From an uncultured Gammaproteobacteria bacterium (GTDB lineage: Bacteria; Patescibacteriota; Patescibacteriia; Magasanikbacterales; UBA922): DNA of 64,000 nt. The stretch spans positions 149,963 through 213,962 of the forward strand of contig CAZMHV010000001.1 in assembly GCA_964566225.1 (NCBI GenBank), given 5' to 3'. The notes under the pieces were generated by a model. That model was not told the DNA's origin, searched no databases, and saw only the letters and a program-made list of their open reading frames with translations. Below are positions 28,257-39,157 of this stretch, piece by piece. Position 1 is the first letter of the stretch. Each line of letters opens with the position of its first letter. The translations under genes and the position numbers were made by a program.

Positions 28257-28727
28257 TTATATCTTACTTTTTAAAAGAGCCATTTCAACGGCAGTATATC
28301 CCCAGCCATAACCATGATTATTTTTTCCTTTTGACCGTGTGGTTGCTTGCTTTTGGTTGAGGCAAGTAAGTACTCCAAAAACTACTGGAATTTTTTCATC
28401 CACATTGAGTTCCATGAGTCCCTGTGCTACAGAATTTGCAATATATTCAAAGTGCATCGTTTCTCCTTTGATAAGACAGCCAAGCGCAACAATAGCATCA
28501 AATTTCTTTTTGCTCTCTTGCATGGTTTTGGCTGCAAAGGGAAGTTCATATGAACCAGCAACATCAATTACTGTTATGTTTTTTTCCAAAACACCACACT
28601 CTTCAAGCGCCTGGAGTGTTCCAATCGTAAGTCCGGTGGTTATCTCTTGGTTCCAACGTGCAACCACAATACCAATTTTGAGTTTTGATCCATTGAGCTT
28701 TGGAAACAATGATTCTGTTGTCTTCAT
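28257..28727 (-). CDS. ribH: 6,7-dimethyl-8-ribityllumazine synthase
   Basis: ARWN, VAGSYELP, IKGETMHFEY and FGVLT. Confidence 0.96.
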   Translation of the reverse strand: MKTTESLFPKLNGSKLKIGIVVARWNQEITTGLTIGTLQALEECGVLEKNITVIDVAGSYELPFAAKTMQESKKKFDAIVALGCLIKGETMHFEYIANSVAQGLMELNVDEKIPVVFGVLTCLNQKQATTRSKGKNNHGYGWGYTAVEMALLKSKI

Positions 28728-28729
28728 AT

Positions 28730-29338
28730 TTATTTTTTGAGTGAGTAAATATTTTGAACCGTATCGACAATGATTTTTGTATCCGTATCTATTTCAATGT
28801 TTACTTTGCTTCCCTTTTTTTGAGACCCAAAGGTCGTTGCCCGCAGTGTTTCTGGAATAAGCCACACCGCAAAGGTCCCCTTTTTCTTATTGGTTTCGTT
28901 CACGGTAAGGCTGCAGCCATTGATTGCCAAAAAACCTTTGTCAAAAATATATTTCATCCAAACAGGTTTTACTTGAAAAATCATTTTGACATTTTCTTTT
29001 TGTTTGTCTATACGCAATACCGTAGCGACATCACTTACATGTCCAGAGACTCTGTGTCCTCCCACCTCGTCACCAAAAGTTACCGATGGTTCAATATGAA
29101 CCATATCATTTACTTTGATTCGTGATATATTGGTAGCTCGTAAGGTTTCTTGCATGATATCAAAAAACAAAACATTTTTTTGAATTTTGGTGACCGTGAG
29201 GCAGACACCATTGACTGACACACTCGATCCGATCTTACATTTCTTAAGAATTTTTTGTAAACGAATACGAATATGAACTAAATTTTTTCCTTCAAGAGCC
29301 TCTACTTGTCCAAGCTGCGATATAATTCCTGTGAACAT
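28730..29338 (-). CDS. ribE: Riboflavin synthase (alpha chain type)
   Basis: MFTGII start, NGVCLT, GGHRVSGH and NGCSLT. Confidence 0.95.
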   Translation of the reverse strand: MFTGIISQLGQVEALEGKNLVHIRIRLQKILKKCKIGSSVSVNGVCLTVTKIQKNVLFFDIMQETLRATNISRIKVNDMVHIEPSVTFGDEVGGHRVSGHVSDVATVLRIDKQKENVKMIFQVKPVWMKYIFDKGFLAINGCSLTVNETNKKKGTFAVWLIPETLRATTFGSQKKGSKVNIEIDTDTKIIVDTVQNIYSLKK

Positions 29339-29342
29339 AGTA

Positions 29343-29684
29343 TTAAAATATTTGTCGTATGGTTTCAATATCTCGTTCTATTTTTTGTTTGAGTTTTTCT
29401 TCTGATTCGTAGACTTCAATTTCACTTACTTTTTGGACTGGCTCAATTTCCATATATAAACCATAACAGTCTTCACCTTCATAATCAAATAAGTAGGCTT
29501 CTACTTTTTTTACATCTTCTTGAATGATAAGAGCTGCCTTATATTCTTTTTTTCGTAAATATGCCTTGGCAGCATAGACACCATCTTTACACTTGGTAAC
29601 ACGTGGAGCAATATTAAGATTGGCTGTGGGATATCCCAAGCCTTTACCTAATCCATCTCCGTGTACTACAATTCCTCCAAACAT
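29343..29684 (-). CDS. Stand-alone riboflavin kinase domain
   Basis: GIVVHGDGLGKGLGYPTAN, GVY and VEAYLFD; no FMN adenylyltransferase domain. Confidence 0.88.
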   Translation of the reverse strand: MFGGIVVHGDGLGKGLGYPTANLNIAPRVTKCKDGVYAAKAYLRKKEYKAALIIQEDVKKVEAYLFDYEGEDCYGLYMEIEPVQKVSEIEVYESEEKLKQKIERDIETIRQIF

Positions 29685-29685
29685 A

Positions 29686-30936
29686 TTATTTTTTTGTAGT
29701 TAAAATTTCCATTGCTTTTTCTATACCGAGATCACGGTATCCTTTGGGGGTTTTTTTGTCTTCTTTGAGTTGATCACCCTCTATAACAACATCTGGAGTA
29801 ACACCGAGTTTATCAATAGCACGATCTTTGGGAGTAAACCAGTTTGCAATGGTGAGTTTCAGAGCTGACCCATCATCGAGTGGTTCAACGGTTTGTACAG
29901 ATCCTTTTCCAAACGTTTTTTTGCCTACCAAGGTAGCAAGCCCATAATCTTGAAGTGCTCCTGCTACAATTTCTGATCCAGAAGCGGTCCCTTCGTCAAC
30001 CAATACTACGGTAGGAATTCCCAAAAATCGATGATTTCCTATACTGGTGTATTCTTTTACTGTTTTATCATTGAATCGTTCACGCACAATGACTCCTTCT
30101 TTGATCCATTCACTCGCTACTGCTACCGAAGTATCCAAGTACCCACCTGGATTACTTCTCATGTCCAAAATCAATCCTGTTGGGTGAATAGCCAAGATTT
30201 CAGCAACACTTTTGCGAAATTGTTCCATGGTTTCTTGATTGAAAATACTCACCCGTAGGTATGCTACTCCCTTGTCTTTTTTTTCCCAAACTACTGTCGG
30301 AACCACAATTTTATCTCGTTTTATGACAATATCCTGCATTTTTTCGGGCCCTTCGTGGCTCAGGGTCAAGGTTACTTCAGTACCATGTTCACCACGGATC
30401 ATTTTGACCGCTTCTTCTACTTCAAGAGTGGTGGCATCTTTTTTATCAATAGCATAAATTTTATCTCCTGGCCTTACTCCAGCTTTTTCGGCAGGTGAAC
30501 CAGGAAGTGGTGCAATAATGGTAAGGAGATTGTCTTTTTTACCAATTTCAGCACCAATGCCTTCAAATTTACCAGAAAGATCTCCAGCAAATTCTTCGGC
30601 CTTTTTAGGAGGAAAATATACGGTATAGGGGTCTTCGAGACCAGCTACCATTCCTTGGATCGCTCCATAAAAAAGTTTTGTTTCATCAACGGGTTGATGA
30701 ACATAACTTTTTTTGACCATATCCCACACTTGCCAAAATTGATCAAACTTTACTTCGCTGGAGCGAGTTTTGGAATACAAATCGAGTACTTTGGTAATTT
30801 CAACATTACCACTGCTATCGGTGAGTTGTTTTTGAATATTGTGAGTGGTGCCAGCAAAAAATCCAAGTACAAATGCCAGGACTATATTGATAAGGGCAAC
30901 GGCTATAAAAATTTTCTTTTTGGAATGTGATTCCAT
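29686..30936 (-). CDS. ctpA: S41 C-terminal processing protease
   Basis: TM, PDZ (GIGA), DMRSNPGG, TASGSEI and TFGKGSVQ. Confidence 0.95.
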   Translation of the reverse strand: MESHSKKKIFIAVALINIVLAFVLGFFAGTTHNIQKQLTDSSGNVEITKVLDLYSKTRSSEVKFDQFWQVWDMVKKSYVHQPVDETKLFYGAIQGMVAGLEDPYTVYFPPKKAEEFAGDLSGKFEGIGAEIGKKDNLLTIIAPLPGSPAEKAGVRPGDKIYAIDKKDATTLEVEEAVKMIRGEHGTEVTLTLSHEGPEKMQDIVIKRDKIVVPTVVWEKKDKGVAYLRVSIFNQETMEQFRKSVAEILAIHPTGLILDMRSNPGGYLDTSVAVASEWIKEGVIVRERFNDKTVKEYTSIGNHRFLGIPTVVLVDEGTASGSEIVAGALQDYGLATLVGKKTFGKGSVQTVEPLDDGSALKLTIANWFTPKDRAIDKLGVTPDVVIEGDQLKEDKKTPKGYRDLGIEKAMEILTTKK

Positions 30937-30973
30937 AGGTGAAATAAAAGATGTGAAATGAAATTTTGAAAAA

Positions 30974-32275
30974 TTAATCTATACGTTCAATTTTTACACC
31001 TATACTGTGCAAACGTTCAATTAAATTTTCGTATGCTCGTTCAATTGGGTAAATATTTCGTAAAATGGAAGTCCCTTTGGCGGCGCACATAGCAATGAGT
31101 AAGGCCATGCCGGGACGGATAGCAGGTGGACAAACAACTTCGTTGCCTATGAGCTTGGTAGGTCCTTGTACGAGCAAACGGTGTGGGTCCATGAGGATCA
31201 CGTTGGCACCGAGTTTTTGAAATTCAAGGCTATACACCGCTCTATTTTCATATGGCCAGTCGTGTACCAATGTTTGACCCTTGGCTTGCGTGGCAATAGG
31301 AACAAACAGAGGGAGACTATCAATATTTAAACCAGGAAATGGTCGACCATAAATCTTATCAGGGAGTGCTTTGAGTGTAGAGGGTTCAATGACCACATCT
31401 GCCACATCAAAAAATTTACTTTTGGATTTTCGTCTGTTGATAAGGGTAAATTTTTGTCCCATTACACGGAGTTTTTCAAGTTCAAGTTCCAAAAATTCAA
31501 GAGGACAATTTTTTATGGTCATCTTGGATTTAGTAGTCACTGCCAGTGAAATCCAGGCCATAGCGTCAACTGGATCTGGAACCATATAGTAGTTACTCAC
31601 TGGTTTTAGTTTTTTTACGCCTTCAATGACCAGTGTTGTCGTACCAATACCAGAAATTTTGGCACCTGCTTGTACCAAAAAGTTACACACATCTTGTACC
31701 ATATAATTGGCCGATGCCATTTTGAGTGTAGTAGTGCCTTTGGCCAGCACGGCTGCCATCACTGCATTTTCGGTTGGGGTATCTCCGGACTCATACATGA
31801 CAATATAGGCAGCCCTCAGTGGATCATTTTTTACATCGTAGTACTCATCTTTGGACTCTACGTGGATACCAAACTGCTCCAGTACCAAGGTATGTGGTCG
31901 AATACTTCGAGCACCAAGTTTACATCCACCTGTCTTATACAATTTGAAAGTCTTTTTTCGTGCAGCCAAAGCTCCGAGGAGCAAAATAGATACACGAGTG
32001 TTACTACACACCTGCTTGTTTATTTTTTCCATCAAAAGAGGACCACTGGCATCAACTTCCAAAGTTTGTTTGTCTCCCCAAGTCACCTTGACCCCAATGC
32101 TTTCCAAAATCTCAATCATGCGAAAGACCTCTTCTACCTTGGGCATTTCTCGAAAAGTGGTTTTTCCTTCAATAAGAAGAGTCGCACACAAAAGTGCTAC
32201 GGGAGAGTTTTTTCCTGAACCAACTACAATCTCACCTCCGAGTTTTTGTCCACCTTGAATTTTATAATAAGGCAT
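30974..32275 (-). CDS. murA: UDP-N-acetylglucosamine 1-carboxyvinyltransferase
   Basis: GSGKNS, GGCKLGAR (catalytic Cys loop), PFPG and IERAYE. Confidence 0.92.
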   Translation of the reverse strand: MPYYKIQGGQKLGGEIVVGSGKNSPVALLCATLLIEGKTTFREMPKVEEVFRMIEILESIGVKVTWGDKQTLEVDASGPLLMEKINKQVCSNTRVSILLLGALAARKKTFKLYKTGGCKLGARSIRPHTLVLEQFGIHVESKDEYYDVKNDPLRAAYIVMYESGDTPTENAVMAAVLAKGTTTLKMASANYMVQDVCNFLVQAGAKISGIGTTTLVIEGVKKLKPVSNYYMVPDPVDAMAWISLAVTTKSKMTIKNCPLEFLELELEKLRVMGQKFTLINRRKSKSKFFDVADVVIEPSTLKALPDKIYGRPFPGLNIDSLPLFVPIATQAKGQTLVHDWPYENRAVYSLEFQKLGANVILMDPHRLLVQGPTKLIGNEVVCPPAIRPGMALLIAMCAAKGTSILRNIYPIERAYENLIERLHSIGVKIERID

Positions 32276-32356
32276 AAGAGAAAAAAATTGCAAAAATGGC
32301 TAAAGTACGGTATTATTGTATCGTATATTGCTTTGTCTGTCTACCCATATATTTTT

Positions 32357-33721
32357 ATGTCAAATAAGCCACAAAAACCAATTCCTCCCCTCCCCTATCC
32401 TCTTTCACGCAAAACTCGGGTGGCTATTATGCTGACTTTGCTGAGTGTCTTTTTGATTTTGACTCCTGTTATTGTGATGTATGCCCGTGGATATACCTAT
32501 GATTTCAAAGAAAAAACCCTTATCCATGGAGGAGCCCTGAGTATTGAAACCACCCCCCGAGACGTTACTATTTCAATGAATGGTATCACCCTCAGTACTC
32601 TCCCCCCAGTGCGTTTACCAAATGTTTTGCCTGGGAATTATCACATAAAAATTGAAAAGGACGGATACTTCACTTGGGAAAAAAATATTTCTTTGGTGAG
32701 CAATCAAACCACCTATCTCCACGATATTGATTTGTTTCCTCAGCAAAAACCTGAAATGGCAATAACAAATGCCAACAATATTGTTCGTTTTTTTGCGTCT
32801 CCAAGTGCAAATGCTCTTTTGCTTTTGCGAAAACAGGGAGAAAATTTTGAATTGTCGCTCTACAACCCACTTCTTTCGCAAGAAACTTTTATCACCAAAA
32901 TTCTCTCTCCCAAGGTACCACCTCAAGTTGAGTGGTCACCAAGTGGTGAATTGATACGTATTGAATCAGTACGTGGAAATGAAAAAAACATCATGCTGCT
33001 CAATCCACTGAATCCAACCCTCATACAAACCAATAGTACCTCGAGTGAGGCAAACCAAATATTTCAATGGGAAGAAGGGTTACTTTCTACCGCACTTCTG
33101 TTGCAAGAAGGTACACAAATTCAAAGAATTGATTTAAATTCACTCCGTACGGTTTTTGATGTTACGCCATCTACTACCTCTTGGTACGCAGAAAATCAAA
33201 ATATTCTATGGCAGTATGCAGATCATACACTGAGTAAATACAAAAATGGAGTTGAAGTTTTTTCTGTACCTATCAAACAAAGTATCACTTCATTTTTGCA
33301 AACCAATCAAAACAGAATTCTGGCAACCAACGGAAGTAATTTGGTTATGATGGTACTCAAAGAAGATGGTACGGTAGAAGAAAATGAACTCCCCCTTTCG
33401 CATATATCCATGGTCAAAGACCAAGACTATTACTTAGCATGGCAAAATGGTGAACTGTGGGCTTTGTCTCCAGAAGGCACCGCGACACTTATCAATCGTT
33501 TCAGTGACGATATTATGTCAGTTATACCACTGACCAAAAGTGGCACCTTGCTGATTGCTACCCAAAATAAACTGTATACATTTCATCCTCGATACTATAT
33601 CACTCACGAACTTGTTTCCGCCGAAAATATTGAACGCGTGAGTGTTGATACCAGTAGTCGTCAAATCTTTTTTTTGGGAACGGTTGAAGGAAAAAATGCA
33701 GTTTGGAAGTTGGGGTATTAG
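32357..33721 (+). CDS. PEGA-domain membrane protein with probable beta-propeller C-terminus
   Basis: TM, YARGY, PGNYHIKIEKDGYFTWEK (PEGA), and SP/WSP repeats. Confidence 0.85.
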   Translation: MSNKPQKPIPPLPYPLSRKTRVAIMLTLLSVFLILTPVIVMYARGYTYDFKEKTLIHGGALSIETTPRDVTISMNGITLSTLPPVRLPNVLPGNYHIKIEKDGYFTWEKNISLVSNQTTYLHDIDLFPQQKPEMAITNANNIVRFFASPSANALLLLRKQGENFELSLYNPLLSQETFITKILSPKVPPQVEWSPSGELIRIESVRGNEKNIMLLNPLNPTLIQTNSTSSEANQIFQWEEGLLSTALLLQEGTQIQRIDLNSLRTVFDVTPSTTSWYAENQNILWQYADHTLSKYKNGVEVFSVPIKQSITSFLQTNQNRILATNGSNLVMMVLKEDGTVEENELPLSHISMVKDQDYYLAWQNGELWALSPEGTATLINRFSDDIMSVIPLTKSGTLLIATQNKLYTFHPRYYITHELVSAENIERVSVDTSSRQIFFLGTVEGKNAVWKLGY

Positions 33722-36700
33722 GCAGCGTTACTTTGCCAGTCGTAGTTGGGAGTTGAATCAAGTTCTAAGTTTTCTTTTGTATTTTTTAGACTTACCCAGT
33801 ACACTTTCTCACCAGGGATAGTGTATTTTTGATTTACGTGACTTCCGCCAATGGTATCCACGTACTCGGTATCTCCAGGTCCACCGTAGGATACGAGTTG
33901 TCCATCGTACGGAGGAAGGATTTGGTTGGGTCGAAATTTGGCAGATACCACCAAATCTATGCCCATTTTGGTTGCTTTTTCTTGAGCGAGACGGAATAAC
34001 AGTTCATTACTGGTTTGAACAGAAGCGTCACTGCGGTGATAGCTGTGTTCCATGTTAATAACAGGTTTCTCCGCTTCTTCATCGTACAAAATTCTCATAA
34101 TGGCACGAGAAACAATATCGCCGGCTGCATCACGAACTACCACTGTTTTTACTTTGCCATCCATTAAGTAAGAAATAAGATTTCGGTTGAGACTTGGAGT
34201 ACCGTTCACATTCTGACAGGAACCAACCACATCAGTTCCCATACGTAACATAAGGTCAGGGTCTTCGGTTTCTTCAGCATAGAGTCCAGCAGTGGTATTT
34301 TGCACTGCTGGTTTTTCTTTTTGGAGTTCTCCAATGACGGTTTCCATATCACTCACATCTTGTAAAAATTGTGAGCCTTCGGTAAACGCTGCTTTTATTT
34401 CTGCCAGTAATTCAGATATTTTCTTTTCTTGCATGCCAGTCGAAGTTTTTTCTTTTATTATTCCTTCTTTGAATTGCTCCACTTTGAGTGACAAAAGTTT
34501 CATTGTGTTGTACAAAGCCACTGCTGTTTTTTCTGAAGCACTCAGATTTTTTTCTTTTTCAAAAGCGGCAACTTTGTCTTGCCAAACTTTTCTTATTTTG
34601 GCGCGTTCGATATCAGTACTCTCTAAGTACTGTTCCATAACTTCTTTAAATTCACCTTCAACGTGACTATGACGAATAGCTTCGGTAATAAATTCTTTGA
34701 CACGTTGTTTTACCATCATTTCACTATTTTCTGAAGTATCCGTCACTTCTCCTTTGTGGGAGAGTCGTGAGTCCATTTTCCACAATTTTTCTAAACGTGC
34801 GTCTCCGTTGAAAACTTTATCTAAATGTTCTCGGTGTTCATATCTTACGTGTGAAAGATTTCCTTTGGCTACTGCTTCAATGAATTTTTGAAACAAGGCA
34901 CGTTGGTGAGGGTATGCTTCCAATTTTGCTAAGTACACTACTACCAACTGAGGATTTTTGAATCTTTCAAGAAAACGATTGACTTCTTCTTTGCTAAGTT
35001 CAACTCCACACTTTTCGGCAAACAATTTTGGTACAAGATCTGAGAATTCATTGACAACTTGCTCTAGTTGCTGCTGTAGCACCTGAGCCGCTTGCTTTTT
35101 GTGCTCTGCCAAATCACGACCTTCAGGACCACGTGCTATTTGAGATTGTTTTTTTCTTATTTTTTGTTCAACTTTTTTGTATTGTTTTTCGTCATCTTGC
35201 ACAGTTTGTAGTTCTGCTGAAAGTGCCACTATCTCAGCTTGCAGGGGCTCTGACCATTCTTGTTTTTTTGCATTCAAAAAGTTACCATAATTTTGGTGTA
35301 CTTCCAAAAGTTTATTATTCATGAGAGTGAGTCCCTGACGAAAAAATGAACCTTGCAAAAAGGAACAACTTCTGAGGAGTTGACTCATTTCAAAAACTTT
35401 TTTCTTACACTCAGGGACTGCTTCCATAAGAGGAGTCGATCGATTGACAAAATTTCTTATATCATTTGCTTGTATCCCTTCACGAGTGATCTTATCTTGA
35501 TCTATTTTCTCATGCATTTCAACTAAAAAATATAAAAATCTGTCTTTATCTGTCTGTTTCTTGAGTACTTGTCCACTAAACATGTGGCCTGAAAACTCTT
35601 GTGCTTCTTTCACACTAAAATTAAAACTATTTGCTAGGAGGTGAAGTACTGGATATGTAGCTTCAGGGAAAGATTTAAGAATTTCTGCACTACAAGCCAG
35701 TGGAGACTGTTCAAAGATGTGAAATAAACGCAAACGTAAATTTTTATTGGCCAGAGCTTCTTGCGCTCCAATCATAGATAAAATAGAACGAATTTTATCT
35801 TGAGGAGAAAGAATTCTGAAATTTTCTTTTGCTCCTGTTACTTCCTCTGCTTTTTTTATGTGCTTTGCTATTTCTCCTACTTGTGCCCAGGCAAAGTCAA
35901 AATCTCTGTCAGTATTCAAATGTTTTTTTATAATATCGGCAATAACTTTACCACCTTGTTCTTCAAGCAAAGTCATTCTTCTGAGCAAGGATTCCCGCAT
36001 CTTCAAAGCAACATCAGTAGGCATTCTGTAACAGAGTGACCAGTCAAATGGTTGCTCTGGATTTTCGATTGCTTCTTGGAGAGCAGACTTAAATTTATTT
36101 ACATAGATTTCACAGCTTTCTTTGCCGCCTGTTTTAAATAAAAATTCTGACTCTGTATAATTATTGACACGGTGCTTAATACTCAAATGGTCTTCGGGCT
36201 GCTTTTCTGAAGATACAATCTCTAGGTTGTTACTTTGACCAATATAACGTGCCAAACAGGTTTGTTCTTGATCAGGAGTAAGCTCAATCACGCCTGCTTC
36301 CTGGTGCCAAAAAATGAGTCTTGCAGCCATACCATCGGTACAGATAGGAACCAGAGCGTCGGCTATTTTTTGACGGTATTCGGTAAGTCTTGTATCACTA
36401 AATGAAGTATCTAACAGTATCTCTACAACAGATACTTCTTGAGAGTCAATAATTCTTTGAACTATTTGGGGTATGAGTTCATTATCAACCTTATTTTTAC
36501 CATACGTGCTTCGAAGTATAATAAGTAAATTTTCAGCAGTTCCTCTTTCTAAAAGAGAACGGACAAAAAGAGAGTCGTCTTCTCGTGAAAATTCAACATT
36601 TTGATTTTGATGTCCAAGTCCACCAAGTATATCCATGAGCAGAGCTGAGCTTCCTACTTCAGCTATTCTCTTTTTTAAAATTTGTTGCTCTTGGGATGAA

Positions 36701-38877
36701 AAAGTGCAATGCATCCACGTATGTCCATTATACCCTGCACTCTGTGTGGATTTGTAAATAATATTTACACTTGCCTCATCTGTAGTAGGCAAAATCATTT
36801 TACAAATTCGTTCAAAGTGTCCTGGTCCTAATTGTAGACTATACTCATTACCCACTTTAATCTGATTCATAATCATTTGTGCTACCGCAGTATCACCTGT
36901 TGCGAGCATTTTTTCTATAATTTCTTTGCGAATATCTGAGCATTCTTTGGGTGAGGCAAAAGAATCTTCATAGGAACGCAATGAAAGATGGAGTTGAAAC
37001 CAAAATTTTGGATTTTCAAGTTTAAGAAACCCTTGGAGTAACTCTTTAAATGAAGCTTCTGAATTTTTGTCAATTTCTATACCAAAAAATTCTTTAAAAA
37101 AGGCAACCTCACCAGTTGTTTTTTTAGTACGACGAGAATAACCATGTTGGTGATACCCTTCATAAGTATTTTTAAACTGTCTAACAATTGGTTCAAAAAA
37201 TAAACATGATTTTGCATACTCTCTACGTAAAAATTCTTTTGTTTCTTTGCTGATCGCTGGTGATGCAAGTATTGGAGAAAAAAATTCTATTTTTTTGTTT
37301 TCATATTCAGGGTTCACAACGAGGCCAGGGTCAACAACTAACGCTTTGATTTGTTCCAAAAAAAGAAGACACCATTCTCTCAGAGCGTTCTCGACTTCTT
37401 CTTTTGTAAACTCTGGAAATTTTTCTTTGTACAATAAAATGGATTCAAAAAACTGAATCCTTGTTCGATAGGTATGAAGGTTACTTCGAGAGGAGTCCTG
37501 AGATACCTTTTGATTTTCAAAAAATTCTCTTTTTTCTTCTGGAGTTACGCCCCACAGTTCACCATTGAGAAGAGTGGAAAATGGATAGTCTGCTCTATTG
37601 GCTGCCATTGCTGCTTCTATCTGTTCATGTGAATTATATAACTGAAGAGCCAGATTGTCTTTTAGAATTTCATATTCGTCTGAAGTAATAGACACATAGC
37701 TTAAAAATTTGTCTGACAAAGGAAGACACCCTCTACCCACAGCAGCAAAAACCCTTTTAATGAGTTCAATTTTCTTTTTTGCAGGGAGCGCTCCTATTTC
37801 TTTATAAAAAACATCAGCATGGTTAATTATTTCTTTGGGATTCCACTGGTAGTATGCTTCAAAAAGTTGAACTCGAGTTTGGTCATCAATATAATCCGGA
37901 TTGAGTCCCTCGGAGGAATAATCTTCGAGAACAAACTCAGCCACCACTGCATTTCGTTGAGGAATATCACGTAATCTCTTGAGAACTTCTACTTGCTCGT
38001 CGTAGCTGCCCTTTCGTTGGTGTGGAGCAGGGGTATTAAGATCAATAACAGTAATAGCATAAATATCTGGATACTGTTTCAAAAATGCATTTTTTTGTTC
38101 AGTGATGAGCCTCTTTGCTGATTGTTTTGACTCTGAGTAAAGTAAAACTTCTTCTTTTTTTCTAAAATGTATTTGAATAGCTTTTTCAATCATTTTGGCT
38201 GTTTCGACATTTTGGTCAGGAGAAGCTTGCCAAAGCAAAAGAACTTGGTCAAGCATGTGTTCACGAACCTTTTCATCTGTCTCAATAGAAATTCTATGAA
38301 GACCATGACTTCCCAGAAGATCCATTATTTGTTGATTCAATATATCTCTTATAGGTTTATCTACCTGTCGCCATAATGTAGTATTCTCTCTTTGGGCCTG
38401 TATTGAAATAGCGTGTATGCTCTGTATTTCGGCCAACGGGAAGCTTTTTGGATCAGAATGTTTTCTTTGAGAGTACTGTTTTATCATTTTTTTCACTCTG
38501 TTTTCAAGTTCTCTAATGATTTTTGGATTATCTGTCACAGACAATTCTTGCTGTCTTTTTTGTTCCTGCCAATTTTTTACTGTTTCAATCGGTGCCGATA
38601 AGAATTTTCCTACTCTACCGAGAAACGAATTTTCAATCCGAGCGAGCTCTGCTTTGATTTCTTCGAGTTCACGTACCGTATCATGGTCTTCGGACATACC
38701 CGGGAGTGACTCCAGGGCATGACGAAGCTGAGCGCGCAGGTCTGCGGCTTGATCGGTAATGTGAGATTCGGCTTCTGAGAGTTTCTCTTTATCGGTAAGT
38801 TCAACTGGCTCAACTTTCTTTTCGTCGACACTTTCTAGATCAACTTCTCTAATTTTTTCTTCTTGGTCTGTTGGCAT
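33718..38877 (-). CDS. Giant (~1720 aa) hypothetical protein, helical, with a C-terminal G..GSCQ alpha/beta domain
   Basis: Uninterrupted 5.2-kb ORF; no TM or signal peptide seen. Confidence 0.85.
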   Translation of the reverse strand: MPTDQEEKIREVDLESVDEKKVEPVELTDKEKLSEAESHITDQAADLRAQLRHALESLPGMSEDHDTVRELEEIKAELARIENSFLGRVGKFLSAPIETVKNWQEQKRQQELSVTDNPKIIRELENRVKKMIKQYSQRKHSDPKSFPLAEIQSIHAISIQAQRENTTLWRQVDKPIRDILNQQIMDLLGSHGLHRISIETDEKVREHMLDQVLLLWQASPDQNVETAKMIEKAIQIHFRKKEEVLLYSESKQSAKRLITEQKNAFLKQYPDIYAITVIDLNTPAPHQRKGSYDEQVEVLKRLRDIPQRNAVVAEFVLEDYSSEGLNPDYIDDQTRVQLFEAYYQWNPKEIINHADVFYKEIGALPAKKKIELIKRVFAAVGRGCLPLSDKFLSYVSITSDEYEILKDNLALQLYNSHEQIEAAMAANRADYPFSTLLNGELWGVTPEEKREFFENQKVSQDSSRSNLHTYRTRIQFFESILLYKEKFPEFTKEEVENALREWCLLFLEQIKALVVDPGLVVNPEYENKKIEFFSPILASPAISKETKEFLRREYAKSCLFFEPIVRQFKNTYEGYHQHGYSRRTKKTTGEVAFFKEFFGIEIDKNSEASFKELLQGFLKLENPKFWFQLHLSLRSYEDSFASPKECSDIRKEIIEKMLATGDTAVAQMIMNQIKVGNEYSLQLGPGHFERICKMILPTTDEASVNIIYKSTQSAGYNGHTWMHCTFSSQEQQILKKRIAEVGSSALLMDILGGLGHQNQNVEFSREDDSLFVRSLLERGTAENLLIILRSTYGKNKVDNELIPQIVQRIIDSQEVSVVEILLDTSFSDTRLTEYRQKIADALVPICTDGMAARLIFWHQEAGVIELTPDQEQTCLARYIGQSNNLEIVSSEKQPEDHLSIKHRVNNYTESEFLFKTGGKESCEIYVNKFKSALQEAIENPEQPFDWSLCYRMPTDVALKMRESLLRRMTLLEEQGGKVIADIIKKHLNTDRDFDFAWAQVGEIAKHIKKAEEVTGAKENFRILSPQDKIRSILSMIGAQEALANKNLRLRLFHIFEQSPLACSAEILKSFPEATYPVLHLLANSFNFSVKEAQEFSGHMFSGQVLKKQTDKDRFLYFLVEMHEKIDQDKITREGIQANDIRNFVNRSTPLMEAVPECKKKVFEMSQLLRSCSFLQGSFFRQGLTLMNNKLLEVHQNYGNFLNAKKQEWSEPLQAEIVALSAELQTVQDDEKQYKKVEQKIRKKQSQIARGPEGRDLAEHKKQAAQVLQQQLEQVVNEFSDLVPKLFAEKCGVELSKEEVNRFLERFKNPQLVVVYLAKLEAYPHQRALFQKFIEAVAKGNLSHVRYEHREHLDKVFNGDARLEKLWKMDSRLSHKGEVTDTSENSEMMVKQRVKEFITEAIRHSHVEGEFKEVMEQYLESTDIERAKIRKVWQDKVAAFEKEKNLSASEKTAVALYNTMKLLSLKVEQFKEGIIKEKTSTGMQEKKISELLAEIKAAFTEGSQFLQDVSDMETVIGELQKEKPAVQNTTAGLYAEETEDPDLMLRMGTDVVGSCQNVNGTPSLNRNLISYLMDGKVKTVVVRDAAGDIVSRAIMRILYDEEAEKPVINMEHSYHRSDASVQTSNELLFRLAQEKATKMGIDLVVSAKFRPNQILPPYDGQLVSYGGPGDTEYVDTIGGSHVNQKYTIPGEKVYWVSLKNTKENLELDSTPNYDWQSNAA

Positions 38878-38908
38878 AGACAAAAACCTGCACCAAAGCA
38901 GGTTGGGA

Positions 38909-39070
38909 TTAGAGTGATTGGATGTTGCTGATGATATTTTTCAAATGTTCAACACGATGTTCCTCGTATTTCTTGAGTACAGCGTGAAATTTGTGACGTA
39001 AACGGTTCATTTCACTATCAAACTCACTGAGTAACTCATCAACTGCTCTTTGTTTTTGAGAAATTTGCAT
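38909..39070 (-). CDS. Small 53-aa helical protein (below the ORF-track cut-off)
   Basis: MQISQKQRAVDELLSEFDSEMNRLRHKFHAVLKKYEEHRVEHLKNIISNIQSL; 'tttct ATG' start context; hairpin AACCTGC..GCAGGTT downstream. Confidence 0.6.
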   Translation of the reverse strand: MQISQKQRAVDELLSEFDSEMNRLRHKFHAVLKKYEEHRVEHLKNIISNIQSL

Positions 39071-39157
39071 AGAAAATATTTTATTTATTATACCATTTTT
39101 TTACACTTTCTAAAACAAAAAACCCGGGGGTGAACCGGGTTGTTGTGTGTATAAGTT

